DNA of 64,000 nt from Octopus sinensis (taxonomy: Eukaryota). The notes beneath the pieces were generated by a model. The model had not been told where the DNA came from. It worked only from the letters and a program-made list of their open reading frames with translations, and ran no database searches. The stretch covers positions 4,402,001-4,466,000 of the forward strand of contig NC_043018.1 of the NCBI RefSeq assembly GCF_006345805.1, given 5' to 3'. This document shows positions 36,791-48,648 of the stretch, piece after piece. The stretch's first letter is position 1. Every line of letters starts with the position of its first letter. The position numbers and the translations under genes were made by a program.

Positions 36791-37156
36791 GGAGAACCCA
36801 GTCATGGCTGTCAGACAATTTCTGTGACCACATCACCCCTGACATCTGGCCACCTGACTCCCCAGACTGCAACCTCATTGATTATTATGTGTGAGAGACC
36901 AACTAAACTCCTGAAGGCAAGGATTATGGCTGCATTCAACAACTTAAACAAAGAAACATCCAGAAAAGTTGCAGGAGATTCTGAAGTTGTCTGGAGGCCT
37001 TGGTTGTAGCCAAAGGCCATTTTATTGAATAAATTTACTGTTTAGTATTTCAAGATATTTTTATGTAATTTTGGTAAATATATCTATAAAATGAGATGTA
37101 AGTGTTATTTCCATTTTTGCATGATTTAGACAACAATTCAGTCACTGTGCCCTGTG
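36791..37156 (+). mobile_element. 3' half of a maT/DD37D-like Tc1/mariner transposon, with the 3' TIR
   Basis: RRTQSWLSDNFCDHITPDIWPPDSPDCNLIDYYV...LKARIMAAFNNLNKET; ends ...gtcactgtgccctg before (TA)n. Confidence 0.8.
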
Positions 37157-37173
37157 TGTATATATATATAATA

Positions 37174-37204
<31 letters not shown>

Positions 37205-37282
37205 CATAATATATATATACATATATACATATATAATCTATAATATATACTATATACATATATATATATATATATATAATAT

Positions 37283-37317
<35 letters not shown>

Positions 37318-37435
37318 CATATATATATAATAATATATATAATATATATACATTATATATATATATATATACAATATATATAATATATATACATATATAT
37401 ATATATATATACATATATAGATATATAATATACAA

Positions 37436-37489
<54 letters not shown>

Positions 37490-37556
37490 CATAATATATA
37501 TATATATATATAATATATATATATATTACATATATATATATATATATATACCTATA

Positions 37557-37592
<36 letters not shown>

Positions 37593-37696
37593 CATATATA
37601 TATAATATATATACATATACATATATAATATATACATATATATATAATATATATACATATATTATATAATATTATATATATTACATATACATTATC

Positions 37697-37739
<43 letters not shown>

Positions 37740-37753
37740 CATATATATATATA

Positions 37754-37786
<33 letters not shown>

Positions 37787-37838
37787 CATTATATATTATA
37801 TTACATATATATAACATATATATTATACATATATATAT

Positions 37839-37877
<39 letters not shown>

Positions 37878-37888
37878 TATATATATAC
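37157..37888. repeat. Long imperfect (TA)n tract (~730 bp)
   Basis: Direct reading. Confidence 0.95.
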
Positions 37889-38305
37889 AGATGTCAGGGG
37901 GATGTGGTCACAGAAATTGTCTGACAGCCATGACTGGGTTCTCCTGCATGTGTGGCATGGTGCAGAGTCCTGTTGCCAGACATGGGGGTCTTCCAGCAGC
38001 CACCCTCTTGACCCAGGGCAGCACTAACACCTCCAGGCACTTGACGTAGGCCTCTGTGTCGAGTCTGAAAATCATATGGGAAGATGAATGGAGAAATAAC
38101 GTTGCCATCACTAGTGGTCCCTCCAAACACCATGATGTTGACTGGATGTTTGATTTTGATCACTCTCGGTACATGTTTTGGAGACACAGCAAGCCAACGG
38201 TTGTTCTGTGTGTTGGCCATCTGATCCTGGCAGAAATTTTTCTCATCTGAGAAAAACAAAAGCATGTTCAGTTGGAGGAGATGTTTGAGTTTGTTCAAAA
38301 GCTAC
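37889..38305 (-). mobile_element. Middle part of the same maT/DD37D-like transposase, in the opposite orientation
   Basis: FFSDEKNFCQDQMANTQNNRWLA...KHPVNIMVFG...; after frameshifts EVLVLPWVKRVAAGRP...QDSAPCHT.RRTQSWLSDNFCDHI. No 5' TIR seen. Confidence 0.8.
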
Positions 38306-38548
38306 GTAGTGTGATTCAAATAATGATAGACATAAACCATATCATATAGAAAAAAATAAAATATATTATAAAACATACATCTAGATCATAAAAAAGTACA
38401 AAAAAATGAATAAACATTATATAATAAGTAATTTATATATATATTATATATTTATATTGTGAAATTTGATTTAATACTAAATTGAATTTTTCCCTGTAAG
38501 TTTGGAGTTATACTCCCTAATAATATTATTAGTATTATTATTATTATA

Positions 38549-38579
<31 letters not shown>

Positions 38580-39294
38580 AGAACACAAATAGATTTAAAG
38601 ATTCACCACAGCTGTTTCAAATGCATTTTACATTGATGAATAATTTGATTATAACAATCACATCATGAAAAAACCGTTTTTATCAGATGATTAAAATTCA
38701 GTTAGAAGAAAAAAATTGCAAGATGTCGAATGACTGCCTTTGTTGGTGATTGTCAAAGAGAGTGAAAAACATTACAAACTGTTGAAATTTAAATGGCTAC
38801 AATGGAAATATGCAGGGCAGAGGTCAGCAAAATAAACTCTTCATAGGACTCTATCAAAACTTATTTATGTCTTCAAATGGGACCAGATCGATAAATAGAG
38901 AAAAAGAGATGAGAGGAAGACAAAGAGAAAAAACTTCACACCTGGGACCTTCTCTAAGTTGGATCTAGAACTTGTATTGAATTGTGTGAAACTATATTCA
39001 TGTATGTATAGGTATACATGGAGATATGTGTGTGGTGTGTATATGTATGAGCTAAACTCAACCCTTTCCTGGTGTTCTGAATATTAAAATACCTTGATTC
39101 TAATGAATCCTACAACTGATTATATAAGGTCAGGTAGGGTGTGAAGTTTGGGTATTTCCAGAGAAACACTCAACCCAAATACTGGGCTATCAACACAGTT
39201 GGGTTCCAGGTCAAAGCTGGAATTCCTCAGGTATAGAAAATCCAAGTTTCATGACGATTATACTATAAAATGGGTTTGGTGGAAAGTAAATAAT

Positions 39295-39678
39295 CCATTG
39301 AAAAGAAGACAACAAAGAAAATTCTTTAACTCATCATTAATGATTCATTACCATTCTTTCTGTATTTGCAATGCCGGTTTACACAAAAATTCTAAAAATT
39401 CATGTAATGTTTGCGGTTTTAAACATTAAAGAGGTGCTTCATCAGACTTGCATCAAAGGTGTGCTGTCACATTGCGCCATCACACCTTAGTGACAGCACA
39501 CCTTTGATGCAAGTCTGATGAAGTGCCTCCCTAATGTCTAAAACCGCAAACATTACATGAATTTTCATTTAGAATTTTTGTGTAAATTGGCATTGCAAAT
39601 AGAGTTGATACAGAAAGAATTGTAGCGAATCATTAATGATGAGTTAAAGAATTTTCTTTGTTGTCTTCTTTTCATTGG
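39295..39678. repeat. ~385-bp fold-back (arms ~175 bp, 19-nt loop at 39471-39489)
   Basis: Arms align as imperfect reverse complements; partly homologous to about 21500-21720 (minus strand). Confidence 0.9.
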
Positions 39679-39690
39679 TGTGTGTGTGTG

Positions 39691-39733
<43 letters not shown>

Positions 39734-39946
39734 CAAAATCACTAGCTATCAGTGTGTCTGTCTTACACATTTCAGCTCATAAATATTTCTATCACAGTTT
39801 ACCAGGGTTTCTCCTTAAAGAATCTCCTTGAAAAACATTTTTTTTTAAATTTTGATTGCCCCACTTGAGACACTTCTACAATTATTTTAGCATAAGTTTC
39901 ACTATTTTAAACAGAAAAAAAATCCAGTTAATTCCTTATTATGTTA

Positions 39947-39986
<40 letters not shown>

Positions 39987-41129
39987 ACGTGCATGCATGC
40001 ATACAAACAAAAAAAAAAACTATAAATTATTCATTTTCTTTTTTGTGTTAATCATCAATTGCTTTTTTTCCACAAGACACCCCCACCCACCCACAAAAAT
40101 TAAATTGAAGATTTCGTTTAATCAAAGCTGATCTAAACAATGGAAAGCCTGAAGAAGAATATTGAAGAAGAAGTGGGGAATGCCAAAGAAACGTAATAAT
40201 AGAAGAAACTCTCACCATAAATGGGTTGCACACATTCTTGGGGGATTAAAATGGTCACTTTGAAAGTACATTGATCTGGATTCTACCCCTACCCCATGTG
40301 GTACCCAGGTAAGTTTCTTCTACAATAGACTTGTTAATGAAAAGGATAAAAGAAGTTTATGTAACAACCCATTTCATATATAAACCATTACCATTGTCAG
40401 TTTAGCATCTGATTTTCCATGACATTCCTTGAAGCAGGTTTTCCTCTCACCAATGCTTACCTATTTCCAAACAAGGTAATATTTCTTCATGGCTGGACAT
40501 GTTTTCTTGGGAGATTGGAAAGGGCTGACACTCCTTCCATGACAGTCATTTAGAACCATCACAAGATGTCAGGACAAGCAAAGACATCCAACCATCAAAC
40601 CACCCCATCACACACACACACATACAATGGGCATCTTTTAGAGTTTGTTTCCCAAAACCATGCAGGGGGATTGAATCTGATTCTATGAGACTGGGAAACG
40701 AACTTCTTGATGAAATATACATGAGCTTGCATGTGTGTGCGTGTGTGCGTGTGTGGGGGGGGCGGTTATTTTAGCAGTTTAATAATTTAGCAAAGAAACT
40801 CCATTTTTGCTAATTCCAAAGCAGAGTTACTTTGTTATAGCATTAAGTTTTTAAAATAAAACTGCTTTTGCTCTCCAATTAGATTTAACTCATATAGTCT
40901 CCTTAGTCTTTGATTCAAGAATTTTATTATGGCCAGATCAGACTGGGCCTGGTGCAGCCTTCTGGCTTCCCAGACCCCAGTTGAACCGTCTGACCCATGC
41001 TAGCATGGAAAGCAGACGCTAAATGATGATGATATTTATACACACGCACACCTTCCATCTTGCATGTCGGATGGCAGGATTGGGCTCCTGATGTAGAAGT
41101 CCGATGCTGGTGTAGTTAAAGTGGAGGCT

Positions 41130-41530
41130 CTTATGACCTCATCCCCCTCATCAGAGCTGCACTAGACAAGATAATTGAAGGATGGAGGGTGGGGACAGGC
41201 TCCCAAAGCACTTTTCTATTCATCAAGGCAGGGGTTGCAATACAAAGAGATGCTGAAGAGGCATATGAAGAACTCTGGTGTCTCCCCAGACACCTGGGAG
41301 GAGAATGCCCTGCAGCAAAATGAATAGCACTAGTTGCTGAAGCCCGTGATTCCAGCCATTGAAGAGAAACAGCAGAGAGAATAAGAAAGGCCACATGAGA
41401 GGAGGCATCATGTAGCTTCATCTGCAGCTGGTGTCATCACTACTGCAGATCAAGAGCAGGCCATGTAGCCTCCACGGCATAGTGGATTCCTGAACCAAAA
41501 CAGTCAACATCGATTTGTGACATACAGGCA
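41130..41530 (+). mobile_element. Degenerate RTE-clade LINE RT C-terminal fragment
   Basis: ...SRQGLQYKEMLKRHMKNSGVSPDTWEENALQQNE... with stops. Confidence 0.7.
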
Positions 41531-41574
41531 AAGAAGATATATAAATTATATAAATATATATATATATAATATAT

Positions 41575-42170
41575 AAACTATAAATTAGAGTACCTGAGAG
41601 ACACCACCATGCTGAAATAGCAGTCAAAACCCTGACTCTAAAACCACCTTAAATGTTCATTTCAGGAGAGAAGAGAGAGAGACAAAATAAACTAGCAACG
41701 TCATTGTATTCACTGAGGTGTTTATTTTAACCATATCGCTCTTGGAGATGTTTGGCGGGCAATTTAAGCTAGTCTTGTACATACGTGCATATATATGTAT
41801 GTATAAGATATTCGTATATGTAAATATAACGTATGTTCTGTATATATATATCTGTATTTATGTGCTTATTTGGTATATTCAACTGAAGAAGGCAGAGCTT
41901 CTCTGAAGCAAAGCCAGAAATCCAGGATCTTGAATTATCCAGTAAAGTCTTTTTTGTTAGTTTATTTTGTCTCTCTCTCTTCTCTCCTGACGCGATATGA
42001 ACATTTAAGGTGGTTTTAGGGTCAGGGTTTTGACTGCTATTTCAGCATGGTGGTACCTCTCAGATACCCTTATTTATAGTTTAAATTATTATTACCTTTG
42101 TATGGTATTTATTCTCATGCTGGCCACTAGATAAGATTGATATTTAAATATCGATATTATCATTATTTAT
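41575..42170 (+). mobile_element. Fold-back element (~125-bp inverted arms + ~90-nt tail) containing a hammerhead motif; probable non-autonomous Penelope-like element
   Basis: Arms at 41575-41700 and 41954-42082; tail homologous to 20678-20770; flanked by TA-rich microsatellites. Confidence 0.75.
41877..41935 (+). ncRNA. Type I hammerhead ribozyme motif
   Basis: attcaa-CTGAAGA-a-GGC aga GCTTC tct GAAGC aaa GCC-a-GAAA-TCC a GGA-TC-ttgaat; 6-bp stem I, extended stem II, AUC triplet (C at 41929). A.A mismatch at the base of stem II. Confidence 0.72.
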
Positions 42171-44077
42171 ACATACATATACATATATACACACACACAC
42201 ATATACATATATATACACAGAGTGTGTGTGTGTGTGTTTCAGTTTGTTATTAGTATTGGCTCATCATAAATTTAGTGGTTTTCAGGATTTATTTAGTAAT
42301 CGCGTAATGATAGCTATGATATACACATACACTTGTATATGTGTGTGCATATGTATGTGAATGTATGTGTGTATATATATTCAATGTAAAATTGGTGTAG
42401 ATAAAACATCTGTGAAGAAGTTGGGGTAGAAATAGGAGAAAAAACCTTCACTACTTCATTAAATTTGAATTTTTGTACCAGAATAAAAAAAAATCAATAT
42501 TATTAATTAATACCAGATTTCTACACAATCCTATTTTCCTACACCAAGAAATAGCCAATCTTGTATTCTTAGTGATTCTATCACAAAGAATACAAGACTA
42601 ACGGGACCTGTGAATATTTCACAGAATTAATGGTAAACTCATTGGGCTGCGTCTGAAAACTTTATCCCAAAAGCCTGAAAGTGTAGCCTGTGTTATGTCT
42701 GTATCAAAAGAGAGTCGTTCATTTGCGCTATTCATTGAAATGTGAAGGAAATTGGAATACAATGATCCCTCAATGAACTTTATATACTTTATGCACAATT
42801 TTATAGACTTAATATACAACACTCTCCCTCTTTTTTCTCTCTTTTTTCTTTTGCTCTTCATCTTTCCCTTCAACTAATTACATGAAAGCATAACAGACAG
42901 GCTAAGTAACAGAGTAAAAATACTTAGTTAAAAAAAATAACACATTTCACTCACCACCACCTCTCCCTCCCCTCCCTTTCCCCCCATCAACTAATCTTAT
43001 GGAAGCATTACAGATGGGCTAAGTAACGGAGTGACAAGCAGAATGATAATAAGATTATTGCAGTAGTTCACTGCTTCAGTTCACAGAAAAGCTTTAAATA
43101 AGACTGAAACATATCCAGATTGTCTCCCATACTTTCCCCACCACCACCACCTGCCTGGAAAGGAAAACAATATTTAGTTATTGATCAACATCTTGCTTTT
43201 TCTTAAAACACATTTATTTCCATTAGATTTTTAATACTTTATTCGTTAAATATGTTTTTACTGTGAAATGAAGTTCCCTTGTAGACCAGCTCACAATCCT
43301 AAGGTCACAGGTTCAATTCTCAGACCAGATAGGGAAAATGAAGTACCTTGAGTAAAACATTTCATTTCACATCACTCCACTTTACTCAGCTGAGTCTGCT
43401 GCATAATCTTACAAAAGCACAACTGTAAGATATCAATAAGACCTTCTTTGATGTCTGCAGAATACTAAATACAGGTGGCAAGCTGACTCACATTTACCTC
43501 CTCTATTATTTCCTCTAGTAGGATTCCATTGTAAATAAAATGCAATCCTTACATTTTATACCTAAAAATCAATAATATCATCATCACCATCATCATTTAG
43601 CATACTGGCAGGAGTAGGACAGTTTGGCTGGAGAGCTGTGGTAAGCTGGAGAGCTGCACCAGGCTTCTGTCTGTTTTGGATTAGTTTCTACAGTTGGATG
43701 ACCTTCTAAACACCAGCCACTCCACAGAGTGATACCTTTTACATGTCACTGGCATTGGTCACGGCTATGATTTTTTCATTTTGCTTGACTTGTCTTCTCA
43801 AGCACAGCAAATCATCAAAGGTTTCTTTCCCTTGTCACTGTCTCCATTAGACTCAACATCCATTAATTTGCTTCAGTCATTAGACTGTGGCCATGCTGGG
43901 GCACCACTTTGAAGAAGTTTCAGTCGAATGAATCGACCCCAGTACTTATTTTTTTAAGCCTGGTACTTATTCTGTCAGTCTCTTTTGTCAAACCACTAAA
44001 TTAGAGGGACATAAACACACCAACACTGGTTGTCAAGCACTGTTGGGAGACAAACACAGATACAAAGACACACATAA

Positions 44078-44166
<89 letters not shown>

Positions 44167-45458
44167 CAGATGAATATGGTACTTAAGTTGAAGGCACCAG
44201 AATTTAGTATGGTATTATCCATATAATTTAAAATAAGGTGATTATAATCAAAATAAGCAATAAGGATATCCACAGGTAATGCAGTATGATCGTTTCATGT
44301 GATTAAATGGAGTCACATGAAACAATCGTACTGCATTACCTCTGGATATTCTTATTGCTTATTTTGATTATATATATATATATATCTTATAGGCTTCTTT
44401 CAGTTTCCATCGAATAGATCCACTCACAAGGCTTTGGTCGACCCAAGGCTATAGTAGATGACACTTACCCAAGGTACCATGCAGTGAGACTGAACCCAGA
44501 TCCGTGTGACTGGGAAGCAAACTCCTTACCGCAAAGCCATGCCTGTGCCTACAGAAATTTTTCACATTAGATTCAAAGAAATATGATGTTGCTGTTGTTT
44601 AACCCCAGGTCATCTCTTGAGTGGACAATTGACCGAAAACATTCTGGCTAAGGCTACCATATATTTTACTTGTTTCCCTCATTAGACAGCGGCCATGCTG
44701 AGGACCACCTTGAAGAAATTTCAGTCAAATGAATCGACCCCAGGACTTAGTTTTTTTTTTTTTAAGCCTAGTACTTATTCTGTTGGTCTCTTGCCAAACT
44801 GCTAAGTCATGGGAATGTAAACACACCAACACCAGTTATAAAGTAGTGGCAGGGGACAAACACAGACACAAAGATACACACAGATATATATATATATATG
44901 GCTGGCCTGAGGCTATAGTGGAAGACACTTGCCCAAGGTGCCATGCAGTTAGATTGAACCTAGAACCATGTGGTTGGAAGTAAACTTCTTACAACGCTTT
45001 TTTGTTAATATTGTGGTGATGGTAGTACTTTCACAGAAACTATGTTTCAATTGTTTTTCAAATTACTGTCTATAGGGCAACATTCTTGACAGAAGTACCA
45101 TCCATTTCTCAGTGATGAGGCAGAATTTGAACTCAAAATGCATTGAGCCAGAGCAGATGCTACAAAGAACTAACTATCCAGCAACTCAACTGCCCAGGAG
45201 TTCTACAATTTTTTAGCAATCCTGAAAGGATGAAAAAGTAGATTCAACTTTGATGAGATTTGAACTCAAAGCACAGAGATTTGGAACAAATAACATGAGG
45301 CATTCCATCCAACACTCCCATAACTTCATCAATTTGCTGCATTTTTTCATATAATGTATTGTCTCATTTGTTTATGCTCTTTAAGATAGGGTGAGATTTG
45401 GGGGATATTTAGCTGCTATTTCTAATCAGTTGGGTTCCCCCTAACTGACTGGAACATA

Positions 45459-46697
45459 CAGGAGTTGAATAAATTAATGGAAACACCTAGCATTATATCT
45501 CCATAATTTCGAAATATCTATAAAACCATCAAAAGCTTGTTTATTTTTATGTCTTTTTGATTTATTATTAGTGTTGTTTAATATGTTTTGCTAAAATTGC
45601 TGTTTCTTTTCAGATATCATCAGAAAAAGGTAATTAAAATTCATTAAAATGACAGATCTATTGGACTTTCAAAGAGGTCAAATTGTTGGTGCTTGCATGG
45701 TTGATGCTAGCATAACAAAAAACAACTGAAATGTTTGGTGTGTCAAGAAGTACTGTCTCGAAAGTAATGATGGCCTTTGAAAAAGAGGGAAAAACCTCCT
45801 CATCAAAATAAAACTCTAGAAGAAAACCAAAACTTTCAGATAGGGACCATCGGACTCTTACGCTAATTGTTAGAAAGGATCACAAAAGTACAGCTCACAA
45901 AATTACTGCAGAGCTTAATGACCACCTAGAGAACTGTTTCCACAAAAACTGTTCACCAGGAGTTGCACAAAGCTGGATTTCACTGGAGTGCTGCAATCAG
46001 AAAACCACTACTTTCAAAAACAAACGTTGCAAAGCATTTAGAGTGGAGTAAAAACTGACAGAATTCGTTCCTAGAGCAGTGGAAGAATGTTATTTTCTCA
46101 GACAAGTCATCCTTTACTTTATTTCCAACCACCGGTCGAGTAAACATGTGGAGACAGCCAAAAGAAGCACTTGATCCAGACTGCTTTTTCCAACTGTTAA
46201 GCACAGAGGAGGATCTGTGTAGCTATTTCTTGGAAATCCACTGGCCCAATGGTTTCCCTTCATGGCAGAATTAATAGTCAAGACTATTTAAGTATTTTAT
46301 CTGATCAAATTCATCCTATGGTTGTGGAACTGTTTCCAGAGGGAAACGCAACCTTTCAGGATGATAATGCACCAATTCACATAGCTAAAGTTGTTGTTGA
46401 ATGGAACATTCTAGTGCAGCTGAACATCCCCAGTCCCCAGATCTCACTAATATTGAAGATTTACGGTGCATTTTAGAAAAACAAGGAGTCGATATCCTCC
46501 ACCATCATCACTACAAGAACTGGAGACTATTTTAGCTGAAGAATGGACAAAAATTCCTTTGGAAACAATTCAAACTTTGTATGAGTCCATACCTCATAGA
46601 ATCCAAGCTGTAATTACTGCCAAAGGCGGTCCTACCCCATATCAAAATAAATTTGTTTGAAATTTTAAGACGTTTCCATTATTTTGTCCAACCCCTG
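45459..46697 (+). mobile_element. Tc1-family (DD34E) DNA transposon, near full length, defective
   Basis: TIRs caggagttgaataaattaatggaaac / gtttccattattttgtccaacccctg with TA on both sides. Transposase from about 45649 (MTDLLDFQRGQIVG...VIFSDKS...FQDDNAPIH) with frameshifts, stops and a deletion. Confidence 0.92.
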
Positions 46698-46849
46698 TAT
46701 CTATTGTTTCATGTGTTCAATGATTAGTTGAAATAATAAGTTGTAGTAAGTAGGTTAACATAAATTAGATTACAATCTGTCCTTTCGGTAATATCAGATT
46801 GTTTAAACCTCCTCTCCCCGCTCTCTTCAACCTCATTTCTTCTCTCTAT

Positions 46850-47290
46850 CTCTGTCCAACTAATCCAACAGTTGCTCTTCCTTAATTAGCTAGTTACCTG
46901 TCCATCTATCTATCTTAGCTATCCAGCTATTTGTTCACCTATCTAGTTACCTTGGCTAGCTTGCTATTTGTTCAGCTACCTTGGTAACCTAACTATTTGT
47001 CCATCTAGGTAGCTATCTTGGCTATCTAGTTATTTGTCCTTCTATCAATCTTGGCAACTTAACTATTTGTCCACCCCTCTATCTTAGCTAGCTAGCCAGC
47101 AATCTGCTCATCTGTCCACCTAAGCTAACTAGCTAATTACTTATTTATCTATCTTTCTAGGTAGCTAGCTATATATTTACCTATCAAGCTACTTAGCAGT
47201 CCAATCAGTATAGTTAACTAATTAGCTAGCCATATTTATCTGGCTTGCCAGGTAGCTGTTTGATCTACCTATCTAGCTATACAGACAGCT
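46850..47290. repeat. Degenerate TAGC/TATC-rich tandem repeat
   Basis: Recurring agctatttgtccatcta / tatcttggcta motifs. Confidence 0.7.
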
Positions 47291-47520
47291 CTCTATTTTC
47301 CTAGAATAGACTTGATTTTTGTTTTTGCAACATTTAGGCCATATTTAATAATCTGGTGATTGTAGGATGATAAAATTAATAATAATTAGATTTTCTTACA
47401 ATATATTAACGAAACATCAAATGAGCTCTTTTTTTTAATAATTAGGTAAAGAGAGAAGTAGAGAAAGGAGAATAAGGGATAGAACAAGAAATAACAATGA
47501 AAGCTTAAAGGATATAACCA

Positions 47521-47551
<31 letters not shown>

Positions 47552-48604
47552 CATTCATTGCCTTTTACATCCATTTTAGCACATTAGCATAGGTTAGCTA
47601 AATGCATTATTATGACATTATTTTACAGCTGGATGCCCTTTCTGTTGCTAATCCTTACTGTTTTTCAAGTAAGGGGTCTCTTATTCCACTGCTTTGATGG
47701 GATGAAGCAAAAGAGTAATCAATAGACAGGAGAAATGCCAATAGAGAGTGTGTAAACAGCATGACTTGAGTAAGCAAGCATCAGATGTAAACAAGCATAT
47801 ACACAGAGGCAAGTGTTTCCTGCTATGGCCCAGGGCCAACCAAAGCTGATTTTGTAGGCAGAAACCGAAGGAAAACTGTCATGATGTATGCGTGTGTGTG
47901 TTTCCTTGTTTTGACTTTATACAATTGTTGTCAACAAACATAATTATCAGATAAGCAGTGTCCTTTGTTTTCAAACTTCCATGAAAAGTATGTCCAACCA
48001 TGTCCAACTATGAGGAAATATTAACTTGCTTGAAAACAGGGAGCATGTTACTGTACGAAAGCTGCTTCAATGAATTCCAGCTGATCCATGCAAACATGCA
48101 AAAGTAGATGTTAAAATTACAATGTTGATGATGTATATATATAGAGAGAGAGATATAGTTGAAGTTTACAGTAAAACAAAAGATGGAGGCAGGTGTATAA
48201 ACAACAAGCAGGTAATTTTAGTCTGACGATTGGGAAAGTGAGAAAGTCTTTTATGTTTCAAGCCTATGATCTTCAACAGAAAGGAACACGAGGAAATAAA
48301 CAGAGAGAGAATGAAAAAACTTGCGGATTTAGCAAACGATCATGGTGACAAAACTCAGTTGCAGGGTTTGTCAGCATCTCGGTATACCAACTTTGCTCTT
48401 TTCTGGTTGTTGGGGAACTAACGAGTCAACTTCTAATTCTGATTTACCTGCTTCTGTTTCTGGTTTTCCTGTTTATATGTTTAAGATTTATTAAGATTTA
48501 CCCGATGATGGCAGATTTTTGCCATGATGTAATCTAAGAATGCTTCAATAAAATGCTTCCAAAACAGCTGTTGTAAGTTTTAAACCCCATCTGCGTTCTT
48601 CTTC

Positions 48605-48648
<44 letters not shown>

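Noticed and set aside
37050-37789. Tyr/Ile-rich ORFs
   Set aside because: Translations of the (TA)n tract.
39506-39555. CTGATGA box in the 39.3-kb fold-back as a hammerhead
   Set aside because: The second box reads GCAAA rather than GAAA and no stem II can be paired.
42619-42873. 84-aa minus-strand ORF as a possible VPS13 first exon
   Set aside because: Lacks the LNxYLG and GI[WF]xG motifs and has no suitable phase-1 donor.
48248-48279. Minus-strand TTGAAGA...GAAACAT motif (similar remnants near 12770-12810 and 21255-21310)
   Set aside because: Stems or core are broken; at best decayed pLTR ribozyme relics.
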